A stretch of DNA of 64,000 nucleotides from an uncultured Gammaproteobacteria bacterium (GTDB taxonomy: Bacteria; Pseudomonadota; Gammaproteobacteria; Steroidobacterales; Steroidobacteraceae): NCBI GenBank assembly GCA_963791825.1, contig CAWBUE010000001.1, forward strand, positions 276,007-340,006, in the 5' to 3' direction. A program made the translations under genes and the position numbers. Positions 1 to 10,003 of this stretch are shown here, piece after piece. How positions within the stretch are numbered: the first letter of the stretch is position 1; each line of letters begins with the position of its first letter. The notes under the pieces are model-generated. The model did not search any database. It had not been told where the DNA came from and saw only the letters and a program-made list of their open reading frames with translations.

Positions 1-2
1 GC

Positions 3-329
3 CACATTTACATGACCGGGTTGCCTTCCGTGTTTCTGGTGGGCCACGTCGATTACGTTCGCGTGGTCAGGTTGCTGCCTCTGGGTCCGGAGCTGACCGA
101 ACTGCGCGTCGAATACCTGTTTTCGCCGCAATCACTGGCTGATCCGCAGTTCGACATCCGCAACGTCGTCGATTTCACGGACCTCGTGATGACGGAGGAC
201 GCGGCGGTATGTGAGCTCAATCAAGCGGGCCTGCGCGCGGGGCCCCATGTGCGCGGCGTGGTGATGCCTGAAGAATACGTCATCCGGCAATTCCATGAGT
301 GGCTGCGCGCTGAACTGGCGCGCGTTTAG
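3..329 (+). CDS. Rieske-type (GbcA-like) oxygenase alpha subunit, C-terminal fragment; 5' end lies outside the window
   Basis: The frame is open to the left edge. The tail ...VMTEDAAVCELNQAGLRAG...VMPEEYVIRQFHEWL parallels the C-terminus of the complete Rieske oxygenase at 15594..16883 (ITENNQAGIMSKHYRPGRYSEHERRVVTFQQWYL). Confidence 0.5.
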   Translation, partial: HIYMTGLPSVFLVGHVDYVRVVRLLPLGPELTELRVEYLFSPQSLADPQFDIRNVVDFTDLVMTEDAAVCELNQAGLRAGPHVRGVVMPEEYVIRQFHEWLRAELARV

Positions 330-1422
330 CTCAGCCCTCGCGGCGTCGGGACTCGTGCTCTGTGCGGCCGCCTGCGGCGGACGGCACCCGGCGGCTGAAG
401 ACCGGGTATTGCATATCTACAACTGGGCCGACTACATCGGACACGGCACCATCGCCGAGTTCGAGCGCCGCACCCGCATCAAAGTCGTAACCGAATTCTA
501 CGATTCGAACCAAACGCTCGAGGCGAAAATGCTGGTGGGAAGATCGGGCTACGATATCGTCAGCACGCACACCGCGTTCTTCGGCCGCCAGATCAAGGCG
601 GGCGCGTACATGCCGCTCGACAAATCTAAGCTGCCCAACTGGAAGAATCTCGATCCCGCGGTGCTGGCCGTACAGGCGCAGGCCGATCCGGGCAACCGTT
701 ACGCAGTGCCTTATCTGCATGCCATGAACGGTTTCGTGTACAACGTCGATTACGTGAAAGCACGCATGCCGGACGCGCCCACGGACAGTCTGGCGATGAT
801 ATTCGACCCGAAGGTCATCGCGCATTTCGCAGAGTGCGGCGTCACTTTCCTGGATTCTCCGGAAGATGTGATCCAACTGGCGCTCGCTTACCTGCATCTC
901 GATCCGAATTCGCGGCGGGTCGAGGATCTGCATGCGGCGGAGGGGGTGGTGATGGCGGTGCGGCCGTACATTCGCACATTCGATTCCAATGATTATTGGC
1001 ACCAACTGGCATCGAACGAAGCATGTTTGAGCATAGCGTGGTCGAGCGATTATTCGGTTGCGCAGGCGCGCGCCCGCGAAGACGGGACCGGGGCGCACTT
1101 GGCCTTCACATTGCCCAAGGAAGGCTCGAATATCACGTACAACGCCTTTCTGATTCCGGCCTCGGCACCGCATCCCGGCGCGGCGCACGAGTTCTTGAAT
1201 TTCATTCTGGAGCCGAAGGTCATCGCCGACATCACCAACGACATTCATTACGGCAACGACAACCTGGCGGCGCGTCCATTCGTCGACAAGGAGATACTCG
1301 AGGACCCCGCCGTTTATCCCCCGCCCGAAGTGCGTGCACACCTATATCTGCCGGTTGAACTCGGCGCGGACTACGAGCGGCTGCGCACCCGGGTTTGGAC
1401 GCATATCAAGACGGGACAATGA
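295..1422 (+). CDS. polyamine (putrescine/spermidine) ABC transporter periplasmic substrate-binding lipoprotein, PotF/PotD family
   Basis: 375-aa ORF with a signal peptide and a lipobox-like LVLCAAAC. The block VLHIYNWADYIG...KVVTEFYDSNQTLEAKM...GYDIV is typical of PotF/PotD binding proteins. Confidence 0.85.
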   Translation: MSGCALNWRAFSSALAASGLVLCAAACGGRHPAAEDRVLHIYNWADYIGHGTIAEFERRTRIKVVTEFYDSNQTLEAKMLVGRSGYDIVSTHTAFFGRQIKAGAYMPLDKSKLPNWKNLDPAVLAVQAQADPGNRYAVPYLHAMNGFVYNVDYVKARMPDAPTDSLAMIFDPKVIAHFAECGVTFLDSPEDVIQLALAYLHLDPNSRRVEDLHAAEGVVMAVRPYIRTFDSNDYWHQLASNEACLSIAWSSDYSVAQARAREDGTGAHLAFTLPKEGSNITYNAFLIPASAPHPGAAHEFLNFILEPKVIADITNDIHYGNDNLAARPFVDKEILEDPAVYPPPEVRAHLYLPVELGADYERLRTRVWTHIKTGQ

Positions 1423-1450
1423 AGGCGCCGATGCACCGGGCATTGCCGCG

Positions 1451-2230
1451 ATGACACGAAATGGTGTCCTTTCAATCTGTGGAGTCTTGATCTTGTGCAA
1501 TACAGCCGGCGCCGTGATTCAACCCAACGAATGGCATCGCGCATCGATTCATGGCCATCAAATCTACTATGCCATGCAAGGCGAGGGTCCGCCGCTGTTG
1601 CTGTTGCATGGCGGGGGTGATTCCGGTGAACATTCGTTCGCCCGACAGCTCGGCGTGTTTGCGGAGCGCCATCGGATCGTGGCGCCCGATCAGGTCGGCC
1701 AGGGCCGTACGCCGGATGCGCCGGGCCCTCTGAGCTATACCGGAATGATGGAGGACACGGCGGCGTTGCTGCAGCACTTGCACCTCGTTCATGTCGATGT
1801 GGTGGGGTTCAGCGACGGGGGAATCCTCGCGCTCATGCTGGCCCTGCGCCATCCCGAACTGGTGCGGCGGCTCGTCATCAGCGGCGTCAATGTCGCTCCG
1901 GAGGGCCTGAACTCGGACGATCTCGAGGAGTTGCGCGCGGCGCAAATCCCAAAGCCGCGAACGATTGGTGAAAAGCTCGCTCATCTGTGGCTCACATCTC
2001 CGACGGAATCGGAGCTGAGCCTCACGATGCTGGCGCGGATCGTACAGCCCGTGCTGGTGATCTCGGGCGACCGGGATGCGATCACGCTCGAACACACTTT
2101 AAAAATATTTCACGCGCTGCCGGATGCGGAATTATGCGTCATGCCCGGGACGGATCACGCTACTTTTGCCGGCCGGTCGGAATGGCTGAATCCCATCATC
2201 AATGCTTTTCTCGACCGGTCGCTGAAGTAG
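1451..2230 (+). CDS. alpha/beta-fold hydrolase, probably exported
   Basis: Contains an HGGGDSG oxyanion region, a GFSDGG nucleophile elbow and a C-terminal PGTDH histidine. The ATG at 1451 gives a hydrophobic signal-like N-terminus, whereas the track start at 1334 overlaps the upstream gene. Confidence 0.75.
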   Translation: MTRNGVLSICGVLILCNTAGAVIQPNEWHRASIHGHQIYYAMQGEGPPLLLLHGGGDSGEHSFARQLGVFAERHRIVAPDQVGQGRTPDAPGPLSYTGMMEDTAALLQHLHLVHVDVVGFSDGGILALMLALRHPELVRRLVISGVNVAPEGLNSDDLEELRAAQIPKPRTIGEKLAHLWLTSPTESELSLTMLARIVQPVLVISGDRDAITLEHTLKIFHALPDAELCVMPGTDHATFAGRSEWLNPIINAFLDRSLK

Positions 2231-2235
2231 CGGGA

Positions 2236-2727
2236 TCAAAGTCCGCGAGTCGACCACCATCCGGCGCCGAACAGCGCCACCATGATCAGGGACGAGATCA
2301 TTTTGATGATCGTTCCGAAGAGCAACCCCACCCAGGCGCTCAGGCCCACGTGTGTCGACCGCAAAACGCTGTTGCCGGCGGAGAATTCGCCGAGCACGGC
2401 GCCGAGAAAAGGCCCCAGCAGGAGGCCCGGCAGCCCAAAAAAAAGGCCGACTAAGGTACCCAGGAACGCGCCCAACACGGCCCGTGGGCTGGCGCCGGCG
2501 CTCTTTGCGCCCAATGCGCCTGCGACGAGGTCTAATGTCAGGCCGACCGCACCGACACAAGCGATGGTAAGCAGCCACCACATGCCGACATGCCGGTAGC
2601 GATCGACGGCGGCGATCAACCAAATGCCGCCAAAAATCAAGGGAATGCCCGGAAGGGCAGGCACGATAGCGCCGCCGAGACCCGCGAGGATGAGAATCGC
2701 GCCGGTGGCATATAACGTGATATCCAT
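2236..2727 (-). CDS. DUF456-type inner-membrane protein
   Basis: Gly/Leu-rich four-helix membrane protein (MDITLYATGAILILAGLGGAIVPALPGIPLIFGG...). Start placed at the internal ATG at 2727; the longer track ORF adds a non-protein-like leader. Confidence 0.65.
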   Translation of the reverse strand: MDITLYATGAILILAGLGGAIVPALPGIPLIFGGIWLIAAVDRYRHVGMWWLLTIACVGAVGLTLDLVAGALGAKSAGASPRAVLGAFLGTLVGLFFGLPGLLLGPFLGAVLGEFSAGNSVLRSTHVGLSAWVGLLFGTIIKMISSLIMVALFGAGWWSTRGL

Positions 2728-2974
2728 CTGAAATGCCGCTTTCAGGCCGCTAACGGGCGAAAATTGGCAGATTTTGCGACCTGCAACCGGTATTTCCGAG
2801 CTTGGAAATGTACAGTTGCGCCCCCATAAAGGTCCATGCCGGGACATCCGTCGCGGCAGGAAGAAAATGTAAATTCAGGAGATTGGAACATGATTGGAAT
2901 AGTAGCCCGATGGGGCCACAACGCGTTGTTGGTTGCTTTGGCGCTGATGACGCTCGTACTGTTTTTCGGCTTGA

Positions 2975-3613
2975 TCAAGTAAAGATCGGAGTCACGCGGC
3001 GCAGCGTGCGCCTCACGGCGTCATGGCGATTGATGAGCCTTCGACGTCTGCCGCTTTGAGGTGCTTGGATTTCCACAGCACCCGGCCGTAGTAACACACG
3101 TAATAGCCGGCCAACACAAAAAGTATCCCCACCGTCACGAGGACTCCTCATCATCGACTCCGGCGCAAAGGCCTGCGAGCCATGCACGGCATTTGCGGCA
3201 TGGGTGTAGGCGACGTGCGAAGCATCCGGTCCGGTGTAGGCCTGGACGACACGGAACGCGAGGCGGCCGAGAAACAGCAGCGATATGGCAATGCCGGTAT
3301 ACGTATGCGGCAGGTAATGCATTTGTCCGTTATGCATCTGAAAGCGGGTGCGCTCCGCGCCCCACATGCCTAAAGCCAGCCCAAGCACCGCGCCGGCGAG
3401 CTGGGCCGCCAGGAATTCTACGGACTGCGCCGCCATCGGCAGCAGCGCGCAGACGACCAGGGCCAGCAACACGATTCGCGAAATCATTCGCGCCGGCCGT
3501 AAGAGCTGGCGCCCAAAAGTGCGCCGAAACCGCCGATAGACGGCGAATACCACCACGGCGGCCATGAGAAAGGGAGCTGCGCCCGCCACAATTTGCGAAA
3601 AGTCCGGCTGCAT
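2975..3613 (-). CDS. small multi-pass membrane protein (DUF1453/CcdC-like); C-terminus probably frame-shifted near 3138..3147
   Basis: Three clear TM segments are followed by an Arg-rich, non-protein-like tail. The +1 frame from 3138 instead encodes a fourth TM segment (VTVGILFVLAGYYVCYYGRVLWKSKHL...) that ends at 3013. Confidence 0.45.
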   Translation of the reverse strand: MQPDFSQIVAGAAPFLMAAVVVFAVYRRFRRTFGRQLLRPARMISRIVLLALVVCALLPMAAQSVEFLAAQLAGAVLGLALGMWGAERTRFQMHNGQMHYLPHTYTGIAISLLFLGRLAFRVVQAYTGPDASHVAYTHAANAVHGSQAFAPESMMRSPRDGGDTFCVGRLLRVLLRPGAVEIQAPQSGRRRRLINRHDAVRRTLRRVTPIFT

Positions 3614-3634
3614 TTCATCGATACTACTCCATCG

Positions 3635-5053
3635 ATGAGCAGGGAATCCTCCATTGGGATGGAACGAGGTCAACTCACGCGGGCGGTGGGTCCCTGGTCG
3701 GCCATGGCCGTCAATGTCGCCAACATGATCGGCACCGGCATATTCCTGAAGACCCGGGTCATGACATGCAATGTCGGCAGCGCGAAGACGGTGCTGGTGG
3801 TGTGGCTCGCCGCCGGATTGCTGGCGCTCGCCGGCACGTTTTCGTACTCCGAGATTGCGGCGATGATGCCGGAGGCGGGGGGCGACTACGTCTATTTACG
3901 GCGGGCTTATGGACGCCTGGTCGGCTTTCTCTATGGCTGGATGGCCTTCACCGTCGCGCGGGCCGGATCTCAGGCCGCCCTGGCGGTAGGGCTTGCGATC
4001 TTCTTGAATGTGGCCCTTGGGGACGACGTCTTGGGCCGTTGGCATGTCGAGCTGGCCGCGTTCAACCAGCACCTGACCTTGAGCGGTTTGACGTTGGTGG
4101 CATTGGCCGCGATTTGGACCGTGGCGTTGATCAATTGTGCTTCGGTGGCCGCCGGCGGCCGCATGGCGCTCGCGCTGACGATTGCCAAAGTGGCATTGGT
4201 CCTCTGCGTTGGCATCGGCGCCTTTCTTTTCGCCGCCGGAGACTGGGTTCACTTTGCGCAGTCCGGCCTGGGCGGCACCTGCGAAGGCGTGTCGGAGCGC
4301 GCGCGCGGGGGAATCGCCGGCTTCGGCGCGGCGATGCTCGGCGCTTTGTGGGCCTACGACGGCTGGCAAAACGTAGCCCCGCTCGCCGGTGAAGTCAGGG
4401 ATCCCCAACGCAATCTGCCGCGGGCCTTCGTCGGCGGAACGCTGGTGGTCGCGGCATTATATTTATTCGTCAATGCCGCCTACTATTTCGCACTTGCGCC
4501 GCTCGAAGTCGCGAGTTTGCCCCCCAGTTCGTCGGTCGCCACCGAAGTGCTGAAGCGATTTCTGGGGCCTATGGCGGTGTCAATGACCGCCATTGCCCTG
4601 ATGGTGTCCTCGTTCGGTGCGCTGCACGCGAGCGTGCTGGCCAATTCGCGCATTCCGTTCGCGATGGCGCGCGACGGACTGTTCTTTCGCAGCTTGGTGC
4701 GGCTCTCGCCGCGCTCGAATGTCCCGGCACGAGCGATCTTGGCGCAGTCTGCGTGGGCGAGCGTGCTCGCTCTCTCCGGTTCCTACGATGCGCTCACCGA
4801 CTCGGTCATTTTCGCTTCCTGGCTGTTCTACGGATTGGTGACGGCATCATTGTTCGTCTTCAGAAAAACGATGCCGGATGCGGCGCGGCCGTACCGCGCA
4901 TTCGGTTACCCCATTATTCCCGGGGTTTTCGTGATGGTGACGGCGGCGCTGCTATTGAACGCCTTTGTGGCAGCACCGCGCGAAGCACTGCAGGGCGTAG
5001 TCCTGCTCGCGGCCGGTTTGCCCTTTTATTGGTATTGGTCGCGCCCGCGCTGA
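3635..5053 (+). CDS. APC-superfamily amino acid permease
   Basis: 12-TM protein with the N-terminal WSAMAVNVANMIGTGIF signature and WAYDGWQN in the middle. The start (3635 or 3659) is uncertain and lies close to the divergent gene. Confidence 0.85.
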   Translation: MSRESSIGMERGQLTRAVGPWSAMAVNVANMIGTGIFLKTRVMTCNVGSAKTVLVVWLAAGLLALAGTFSYSEIAAMMPEAGGDYVYLRRAYGRLVGFLYGWMAFTVARAGSQAALAVGLAIFLNVALGDDVLGRWHVELAAFNQHLTLSGLTLVALAAIWTVALINCASVAAGGRMALALTIAKVALVLCVGIGAFLFAAGDWVHFAQSGLGGTCEGVSERARGGIAGFGAAMLGALWAYDGWQNVAPLAGEVRDPQRNLPRAFVGGTLVVAALYLFVNAAYYFALAPLEVASLPPSSSVATEVLKRFLGPMAVSMTAIALMVSSFGALHASVLANSRIPFAMARDGLFFRSLVRLSPRSNVPARAILAQSAWASVLALSGSYDALTDSVIFASWLFYGLVTASLFVFRKTMPDAARPYRAFGYPIIPGVFVMVTAALLLNAFVAAPREALQGVVLLAAGLPFYWYWSRPR

Positions 5054-5132
5054 AGGGCGCGCGCCGGGCATGCCATCGCGCGGCGCACACCCCAGATCGT
5101 GCCAGAGGTTGTTTACGTCCTTGCCGGGGCTT

Positions 5133-5837
5133 TTACGCCCGCGGCAGATCGAACACCAGCACTTCGGCGTCTTGAGGATCGCGCAGATCCAACCGTCCAC
5201 CGTCGGTGATCCGCAAGGCATCGCCGGCGTCGAGTGCAGTGCCGTTTGCCATGATGCCGCCGCGCGCTACGTGCAGGTAAACGCGCCGACCACGCGCAAT
5301 CTCGAACTCCGCTCGCTCGCTGCCGCTGAACAATCCGGCATGCACTTTCGCGTCCTGGTGTATCAGCAAGGATCCCTCCGCGCGGTCCGGAGAGACGATG
5401 AGCCGTAGGCGTCCGCGCTTCTCTTGCGGCGCAAAGCGCTTCTCCTCATAGCTCGGCGCGATGTTTCGCTCGGCGGGCTGAATCCATATTTGCAGGAAAT
5501 GCACGGGTTCGGTTTGACTGGGGTTGAATTCACTATGCCGCACGCCCGTGCCGGCGCTCATTCGCTGTACGTCCCCGGGCCGCAAGATCGAGCCGTTGCC
5601 GATCGAGTCCTTATGCGCAAGCTCACCCTCCAGCACATAGCTGACGATTTCCATGTCGCGATGGCTGTGGGTACCGAAGCCGGCTCCGGCAGCCACCCGG
5701 TCCTCGTTGATGACCCGCAAGGGACCGAATTCGACATGCTGCGGATCAAAGTAGTCGGCAAATGAAAATGTGTGAAAGGACTTGAGCCAGCCGTGATCGG
5801 CAAACCCTCTCTCATGGCTGCGTCTGACCTCGTTCAT
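5133..5837 (-). CDS. pirin-family (bicupin) protein
   Basis: Matches the pirin family: GFADHGWLKSFHTFSFADYFDP, GFGTHSHRDMEIVSYVLEGEL, MSAGTGVRHSEFN. The ATG at 5837 has GGAGG 6 nt upstream. Confidence 0.85.
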   Translation of the reverse strand: MNEVRRSHERGFADHGWLKSFHTFSFADYFDPQHVEFGPLRVINEDRVAAGAGFGTHSHRDMEIVSYVLEGELAHKDSIGNGSILRPGDVQRMSAGTGVRHSEFNPSQTEPVHFLQIWIQPAERNIAPSYEEKRFAPQEKRGRLRLIVSPDRAEGSLLIHQDAKVHAGLFSGSERAEFEIARGRRVYLHVARGGIMANGTALDAGDALRITDGGRLDLRDPQDAEVLVFDLPRA

Positions 5838-6120
5838 GGGTACCTCCGCCCAAGGATCTTGGGGCAAACAGATTGATAAAAAAACAGGAAATTTAGCGGT
5901 AATCTATCAATAATTTAGCTATGTTTTGGCTCTCGGGCCGGGGCTACATAGTTACCTACCCCTGAGTTACATGATTTATGGTATTGCTTCGGTCTATATT
6001 TTATAGTAGGCGCCGCCCTACACGTGGTAGGGCCCCTCGCCTGACTGCGCGACTTCCCGTCCCGTAATAACCTCGCCGTCGCTCACGGAATCTGCACCGA
6101 AGGATCAAGGGAGACAAGAA

Positions 6121-6414
6121 ATGTCCTTAGGCAAACACCTCCCCCTCGCATCGCTCTGCTTCGCGCTATCCGCCGCGGCCAGCGCGAACTCTGTGGCGAA
6201 CCCGGCGGACGAGGTCTGCAGCGGGGATTCAAGCACTGCCCTGGGCAGTCCCTCGAAATTCGAATACTTGGTGCTCGCGAGCATCGCCGACGCGCCGCAT
6301 CTATTGGCGCTCGCAGCGTATTGGTCGCTCGGGGGAACTCATGGCGCCGCCGAGCCCGCCGACAGATCGGGCGCCGCCGAGGATGTCCCATTGCCTCATC
6401 GCGCGAATGACTGA
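6121..6414 (+). CDS. hypothetical small exported protein
   Basis: GGGAGA Shine-Dalgarno, then a signal peptide MSLGKHLPLASLCFALSAAASA. I recognise no family. The antisense ORF 6083..6391 is Arg-rich and looks spurious. Confidence 0.3.
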   Translation: MSLGKHLPLASLCFALSAAASANSVANPADEVCSGDSSTALGSPSKFEYLVLASIADAPHLLALAAYWSLGGTHGAAEPADRSGAAEDVPLPHRAND

Positions 6415-6499
6415 GTCTCGTACAGCGGAGCGGATTTCATTCTTCACATCAGAACTACAAACCGGCTCGGAATACCAATAACGTTAAGGAGAGCTAATA

Positions 6500-6940
6500 A
6501 TGTCATACATCAGTTGGGCCCCACGCGGCTCGCTTCTTCGGCGCAAATTGCAAAAGATATTTATCGCAGCCGCGGGGCTCGGATTACTGGTGGGCATATC
6601 CCAGGCAAGTACGACCATCACCATCAAGAATGTGCCGTGCAACTACCTTTGCTTCAATGTGCCGAATGACGGCGGTGTGACCCTCAACTACGTGGACGAC
6701 GCGCAGCAGTACGGGCGGGTTCTCGTGGAAATGAACGGAGATATCTACGACAGCGGCATTTGGGCGATCCCGCGCTATGCTCCCGTCAACGATTTGGCAT
6801 TATTCGACGCGAATGGCAAGGTCATGTATGCCACGCTCGATTTCTTAAAAGTCAGTACCGGACCGTGCCAACGCCAGGGCAAGGTGACGGTATGCCCGTA
6901 CAAGGTAACGCTGACAACCGGCACTCTTTTTCTACCTTAG
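6500..6940 (+). CDS. hypothetical exported Cys-containing protein
   Basis: AAGGAG Shine-Dalgarno 7 nt upstream, an N-terminal signal/anchor, four Cys, and a beta-rich composition. The first 160 nt are about 52% GC by hand count, below the neighbouring genes. Confidence 0.5.
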   Translation: MSYISWAPRGSLLRRKLQKIFIAAAGLGLLVGISQASTTITIKNVPCNYLCFNVPNDGGVTLNYVDDAQQYGRVLVEMNGDIYDSGIWAIPRYAPVNDLALFDANGKVMYATLDFLKVSTGPCQRQGKVTVCPYKVTLTTGTLFLP

Positions 6941-6995
6941 CCATTTGGGGGTGCGTGGATAGGATGAGGGCGAGGCGTGGCGCGGTCCTCCTCTT

Positions 6996-7955
6996 CTAAG
7001 GCGGAGGAATCGCCGCGCCGAGGGAAAGCCGGCCCAAGCGATGCTCGTCGATGATGACGACGATCCCGCTTGCAATGACGATGCACGCGCCCAAGATCAA
7101 GCTCAACGAGGGCACGGCCGACCAAAAGATCCAATCGATGGCGAACGCCCACAAAATGGACGTGTACTCAAAGGGTCCCACCACCGAGGGCGGTGCCCGA
7201 CTGAACGCCTCGGTGAGCCACATCTGACCGAGCGCCCCCGTGACGCCGATCCCGATGAGCCAGCCCCAGTCCGCGGCGAGAACAGGGCGCCAATGGCCGA
7301 CGGCCAGAATCCCGGAACCGATGCTCACCAGCAGCAGATACCAGAACACCATGGACATGCTCGAATTGCCGCGGCCAAGAGTTCTCACCGTCACGACGCT
7401 CAGCGAGTAGCAGATCGTCGCCAGCGCGGCGGCGGATGCGGCGATCATTGAAAAGCTGCTGCTCCCCCAGGGCTGCAGGATGATCAATACGCCGCTCAAA
7501 CCGACGATGATCGCCAACCAGCGCTTTCCGGTTACCTGCTCGCCGTGTATCGGCACCGACAGCGCCGTCATCAGCAGCGGCGCGGCCAAGAACAGGGCGT
7601 AGGTCTGGGCGAGACTCAGGCGATGTACGGCGAATACGAAGCCCCAGAGCATGCCGATGCCGAGCACAGCCCGAAATCCATGCAAAAGCGGATTACTCGG
7701 CCGTAAGGTCCCCCACGTGCGTTGCCAAGTGATGGGCAGCAACAGGAAGAGCAGCGACGAGATGCAGCGCAGACAGGAGATCTGCATCGGGCCATAGTGT
7801 TCGGACAATCGCTTCATCAGCGAGTCCATGAGGGAAAAAACGAACACTCCGGCCACCATGTAGGCAATGCCGCGCAGCCGCGCCCGCGCGCGTTCGCTCG
7901 CGGCTAGATTTCCGATGCTGGCTACTGGTCGACTCATGATCTCCGTCGCGCTCAT
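6996..7955 (-). CDS. DMT-superfamily (EamA-type) transporter
   Basis: 10-TM protein with a duplicated EamA architecture, lying 42 nt downstream of cbbP on the same strand. Confidence 0.85.
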   Translation of the reverse strand: MSATEIMSRPVASIGNLAASERARARLRGIAYMVAGVFVFSLMDSLMKRLSEHYGPMQISCLRCISSLLFLLLPITWQRTWGTLRPSNPLLHGFRAVLGIGMLWGFVFAVHRLSLAQTYALFLAAPLLMTALSVPIHGEQVTGKRWLAIIVGLSGVLIILQPWGSSSFSMIAASAAALATICYSLSVVTVRTLGRGNSSMSMVFWYLLLVSIGSGILAVGHWRPVLAADWGWLIGIGVTGALGQMWLTEAFSRAPPSVVGPFEYTSILWAFAIDWIFWSAVPSLSLILGACIVIASGIVVIIDEHRLGRLSLGAAIPPP

Positions 7956-7997
7956 TGTAGACGACAGAGGGGCCCCGTCGATCGTTTAAAGCATGCT

Positions 7998-8900
7998 TCA
8001 CGCCGTTACTCGCGTGGGCTTCGCGCCCAGCGCCTTGCGGCGCGCGTCCATCATTTTCAAGATCATGGGGGTCAAAATCAACTGCATCGCAAGCTCCATT
8101 TTGCCGCCGGGCACCACGATGATATTCGGCCGGGACATGAACGAGTCGTGCACCATCGATAACAGGTACGGGAAATCGATTCCCTTCGGATCGGAGAAGC
8201 GGATGACCACAAAACTTTCGTCGGCCGCCGGGATATACCGGGCGGTAAACGGATTGGAGGTGTCCACCGTGGGAACGCGCTGAAAATTGACATGGGTCTG
8301 GGAAAATTGCGGGCAAATGTAATTCACGTAATCCGGCATCCGCCGCAGAATGGTGTCTACGACCGCTTCGGTCGAATAGCCGCGCGTCTCCTTGTCGCGG
8401 TGGAGTTTTTGAATCCATTCCAAATTGATGATCGGGACCACACCGATCGTAAGGTCCGCATGCTGCGCGACGTTTACATCCGTCGTGACCACGGCGCCGT
8501 GCAAGCCTTCGTAAAACAGAAGATCCGAGTCGCCGGGGATCTCCCTCCATTCGGTAAAAGTACCCGGTTCTTGGTTGAAGGGCTCGGCTTCCTTGTCGTT
8601 GTGTAGGTAGCGTCTGATCTTTCCGCGCCCGCTTTCCCCGTAGCCCCTGAACAACCCCTCGAGCTCTTCGAATAGGTTGTTTTGCGGACCGAAGTGACTG
8701 AAGTGCTGATCGCCCCGAGCAGCGGCCTCAGCCATTTTTTTCTTCATCGCTTCGCGATCATAACGGTGAAAGGAATCTCCCTCGACCAGTACTGCGTTGA
8801 TGTGTTCGCGGCGAAAGATCCAATTGAAGGTGCGCGTGACCGAAGTGGTGCCGGCTCCGGAAGAGCCGGTTACCGCGATGATGGGATGCTTGGCTGACAT
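7998..8900 (-). CDS. cbbP: phosphoribulokinase
   Basis: MSAKHPIIAVTGSSGAGTTSV P-loop, then EGDSFHRYDR and the rest of the bacterial PRK signature across the full length. Confidence 0.95.
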   Translation of the reverse strand: MSAKHPIIAVTGSSGAGTTSVTRTFNWIFRREHINAVLVEGDSFHRYDREAMKKKMAEAAARGDQHFSHFGPQNNLFEELEGLFRGYGESGRGKIRRYLHNDKEAEPFNQEPGTFTEWREIPGDSDLLFYEGLHGAVVTTDVNVAQHADLTIGVVPIINLEWIQKLHRDKETRGYSTEAVVDTILRRMPDYVNYICPQFSQTHVNFQRVPTVDTSNPFTARYIPAADESFVVIRFSDPKGIDFPYLLSMVHDSFMSRPNIIVVPGGKMELAMQLILTPMILKMMDARRKALGAKPTRVTA

Positions 8901-8917
8901 GATGGCCCTGTTTGCGG

Positions 8918-9994
8918 TCAGCTTTGGATGAACAGCGAACGCTCTTTGAACAGCGGGGAGCTGTAGATGCGATCGAGACCCTGCTCGTGCTCCCAGTGAT
9001 AGCGTTCAATGCGCTCCACCTCGGCCTTGCACCCGAGGATCAGAGGCACGCGCTGGTGCAGGGCGCTCGGCACGAGATCCTGTATCCGGGCGCGTCCGGT
9101 CGAGGCCGCGCCGCCGGCCTGTTCGACGAGCATCGCCATGGGATTTGCTTCATAAAGCAACCGCAACCGCCCAGGCTTGCTCGAGTCCTTGCTGTCCTTG
9201 GGATACATGAACAACCCGCCGCGGATCAGAATCCGGTGGACCTCGGCCACCAAGGAGGCGATCCAACGCATATTGAAGTCCTTGCCGCGTACATCGCCGT
9301 GGCCGGCCAGGCATTCGGCGACGTAGCGCTTGACCGGCGGCTCCCAGAACCGCTGGTTGGAGGCATTGATGGCAAATTCGTTGGCCTCATCCGGAATCCT
9401 CATATCGGGGTGAGTCAATATGAATTCCCCGAAGCCGCGGTCCAAGGTGAATCCATGGACGCCGCGGCCGACCGTCAATACCAACATGGTGGTCGCGCCG
9501 TATATTGCATAGCCGGCACACAGCTGCCGTGATCCGGGCTGTAGAAAGTCGTCGATCGCCGGCGGCTGCGCGCCGCGCGGGGCCTTGAGAACGGAAAAAA
9601 TGCTGCCGACCGGCGCATTGATATCGATGTTGCCCGAACCGTCGAGCGGGTCGAAGGCGAGAAGGTACTTCCCGAGCGGATATTGCGGCGGGATCTGATA
9701 GGGCTCGGCGAGTTCCTCGGAGGCCATGCCCGCAAGATGTCCGCCATACTCGCTGGTGCGAAGAAAAATATCGTTGCACAACACATCGAGCTTCATCTGC
9801 ATCTCACCCTGGACATTCGCGACTTGCGACGGCCCATGGGCGCCGCCGAGCACGCCCCGTCCCACGATGAAACTGATGCGCTTGCAAGCCAGGCGAACGT
9901 AGTTGAGCAGCGCCGTGAAGTCGCCCGTCGCATCCGGAAATCGGCGTTGCTCCTCGATCATGAATTCAGTGATTGTCTTCTCCTGGCTCGACAT
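8918..9994 (-). CDS. cbbF: class 1 fructose-1,6-/sedoheptulose-1,7-bisphosphatase
   Basis: [41 protein letters not shown] and GGLFMYP motifs identify the FBPase class 1 family. Confidence 0.95.
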   Translation of the reverse strand: MSSQEKTITEFMIEEQRRFPDATGDFTALLNYVRLACKRISFIVGRGVLGGAHGPSQVANVQGEMQMKLDVLCNDIFLRTSEYGGHLAGMASEELAEPYQIPPQYPLGKYLLAFDPLDGSGNIDINAPVGSIFSVLKAPRGAQPPAIDDFLQPGSRQLCAGYAIYGATTMLVLTVGRGVHGFTLDRGFGEFILTHPDMRIPDEANEFAINASNQRFWEPPVKRYVAECLAGHGDVRGKDFNMRWIASLVAEVHRILIRGGLFMYPKDSKDSSKPGRLRLLYEANPMAMLVEQAGGAASTGRARIQDLVPSALHQRVPLILGCKAEVERIERYHWEHEQGLDRIYSSPLFKERSLFIQS

Positions 9995-10003
9995 CGGTAT
10001 CCC

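Noticed and set aside
331-1341. 336-aa antisense ORF opposite the PotF-like gene.
   Set aside because: The translation is Arg-rich and non-protein-like, whereas the sense strand has clear family motifs. The same reasoning rejects 10810..11685 (opposite cbbX), 12796..13590 (opposite cbbL), 16916..18235 (opposite the DMGDH-like gene), 37141..37863 (opposite the HipA-like gene) and 7693..8550 (alternative frame over cbbP/EamA).
5054-5132. GC-rich dyad (GCGCCG...CGGCGC) between the convergent permease and pirin genes as a bidirectional terminator.
   Set aside because: The loop is about 14 nt, there is no flanking T/A tracts, and it is indistinguishable from background GC-rich self-complementarity.
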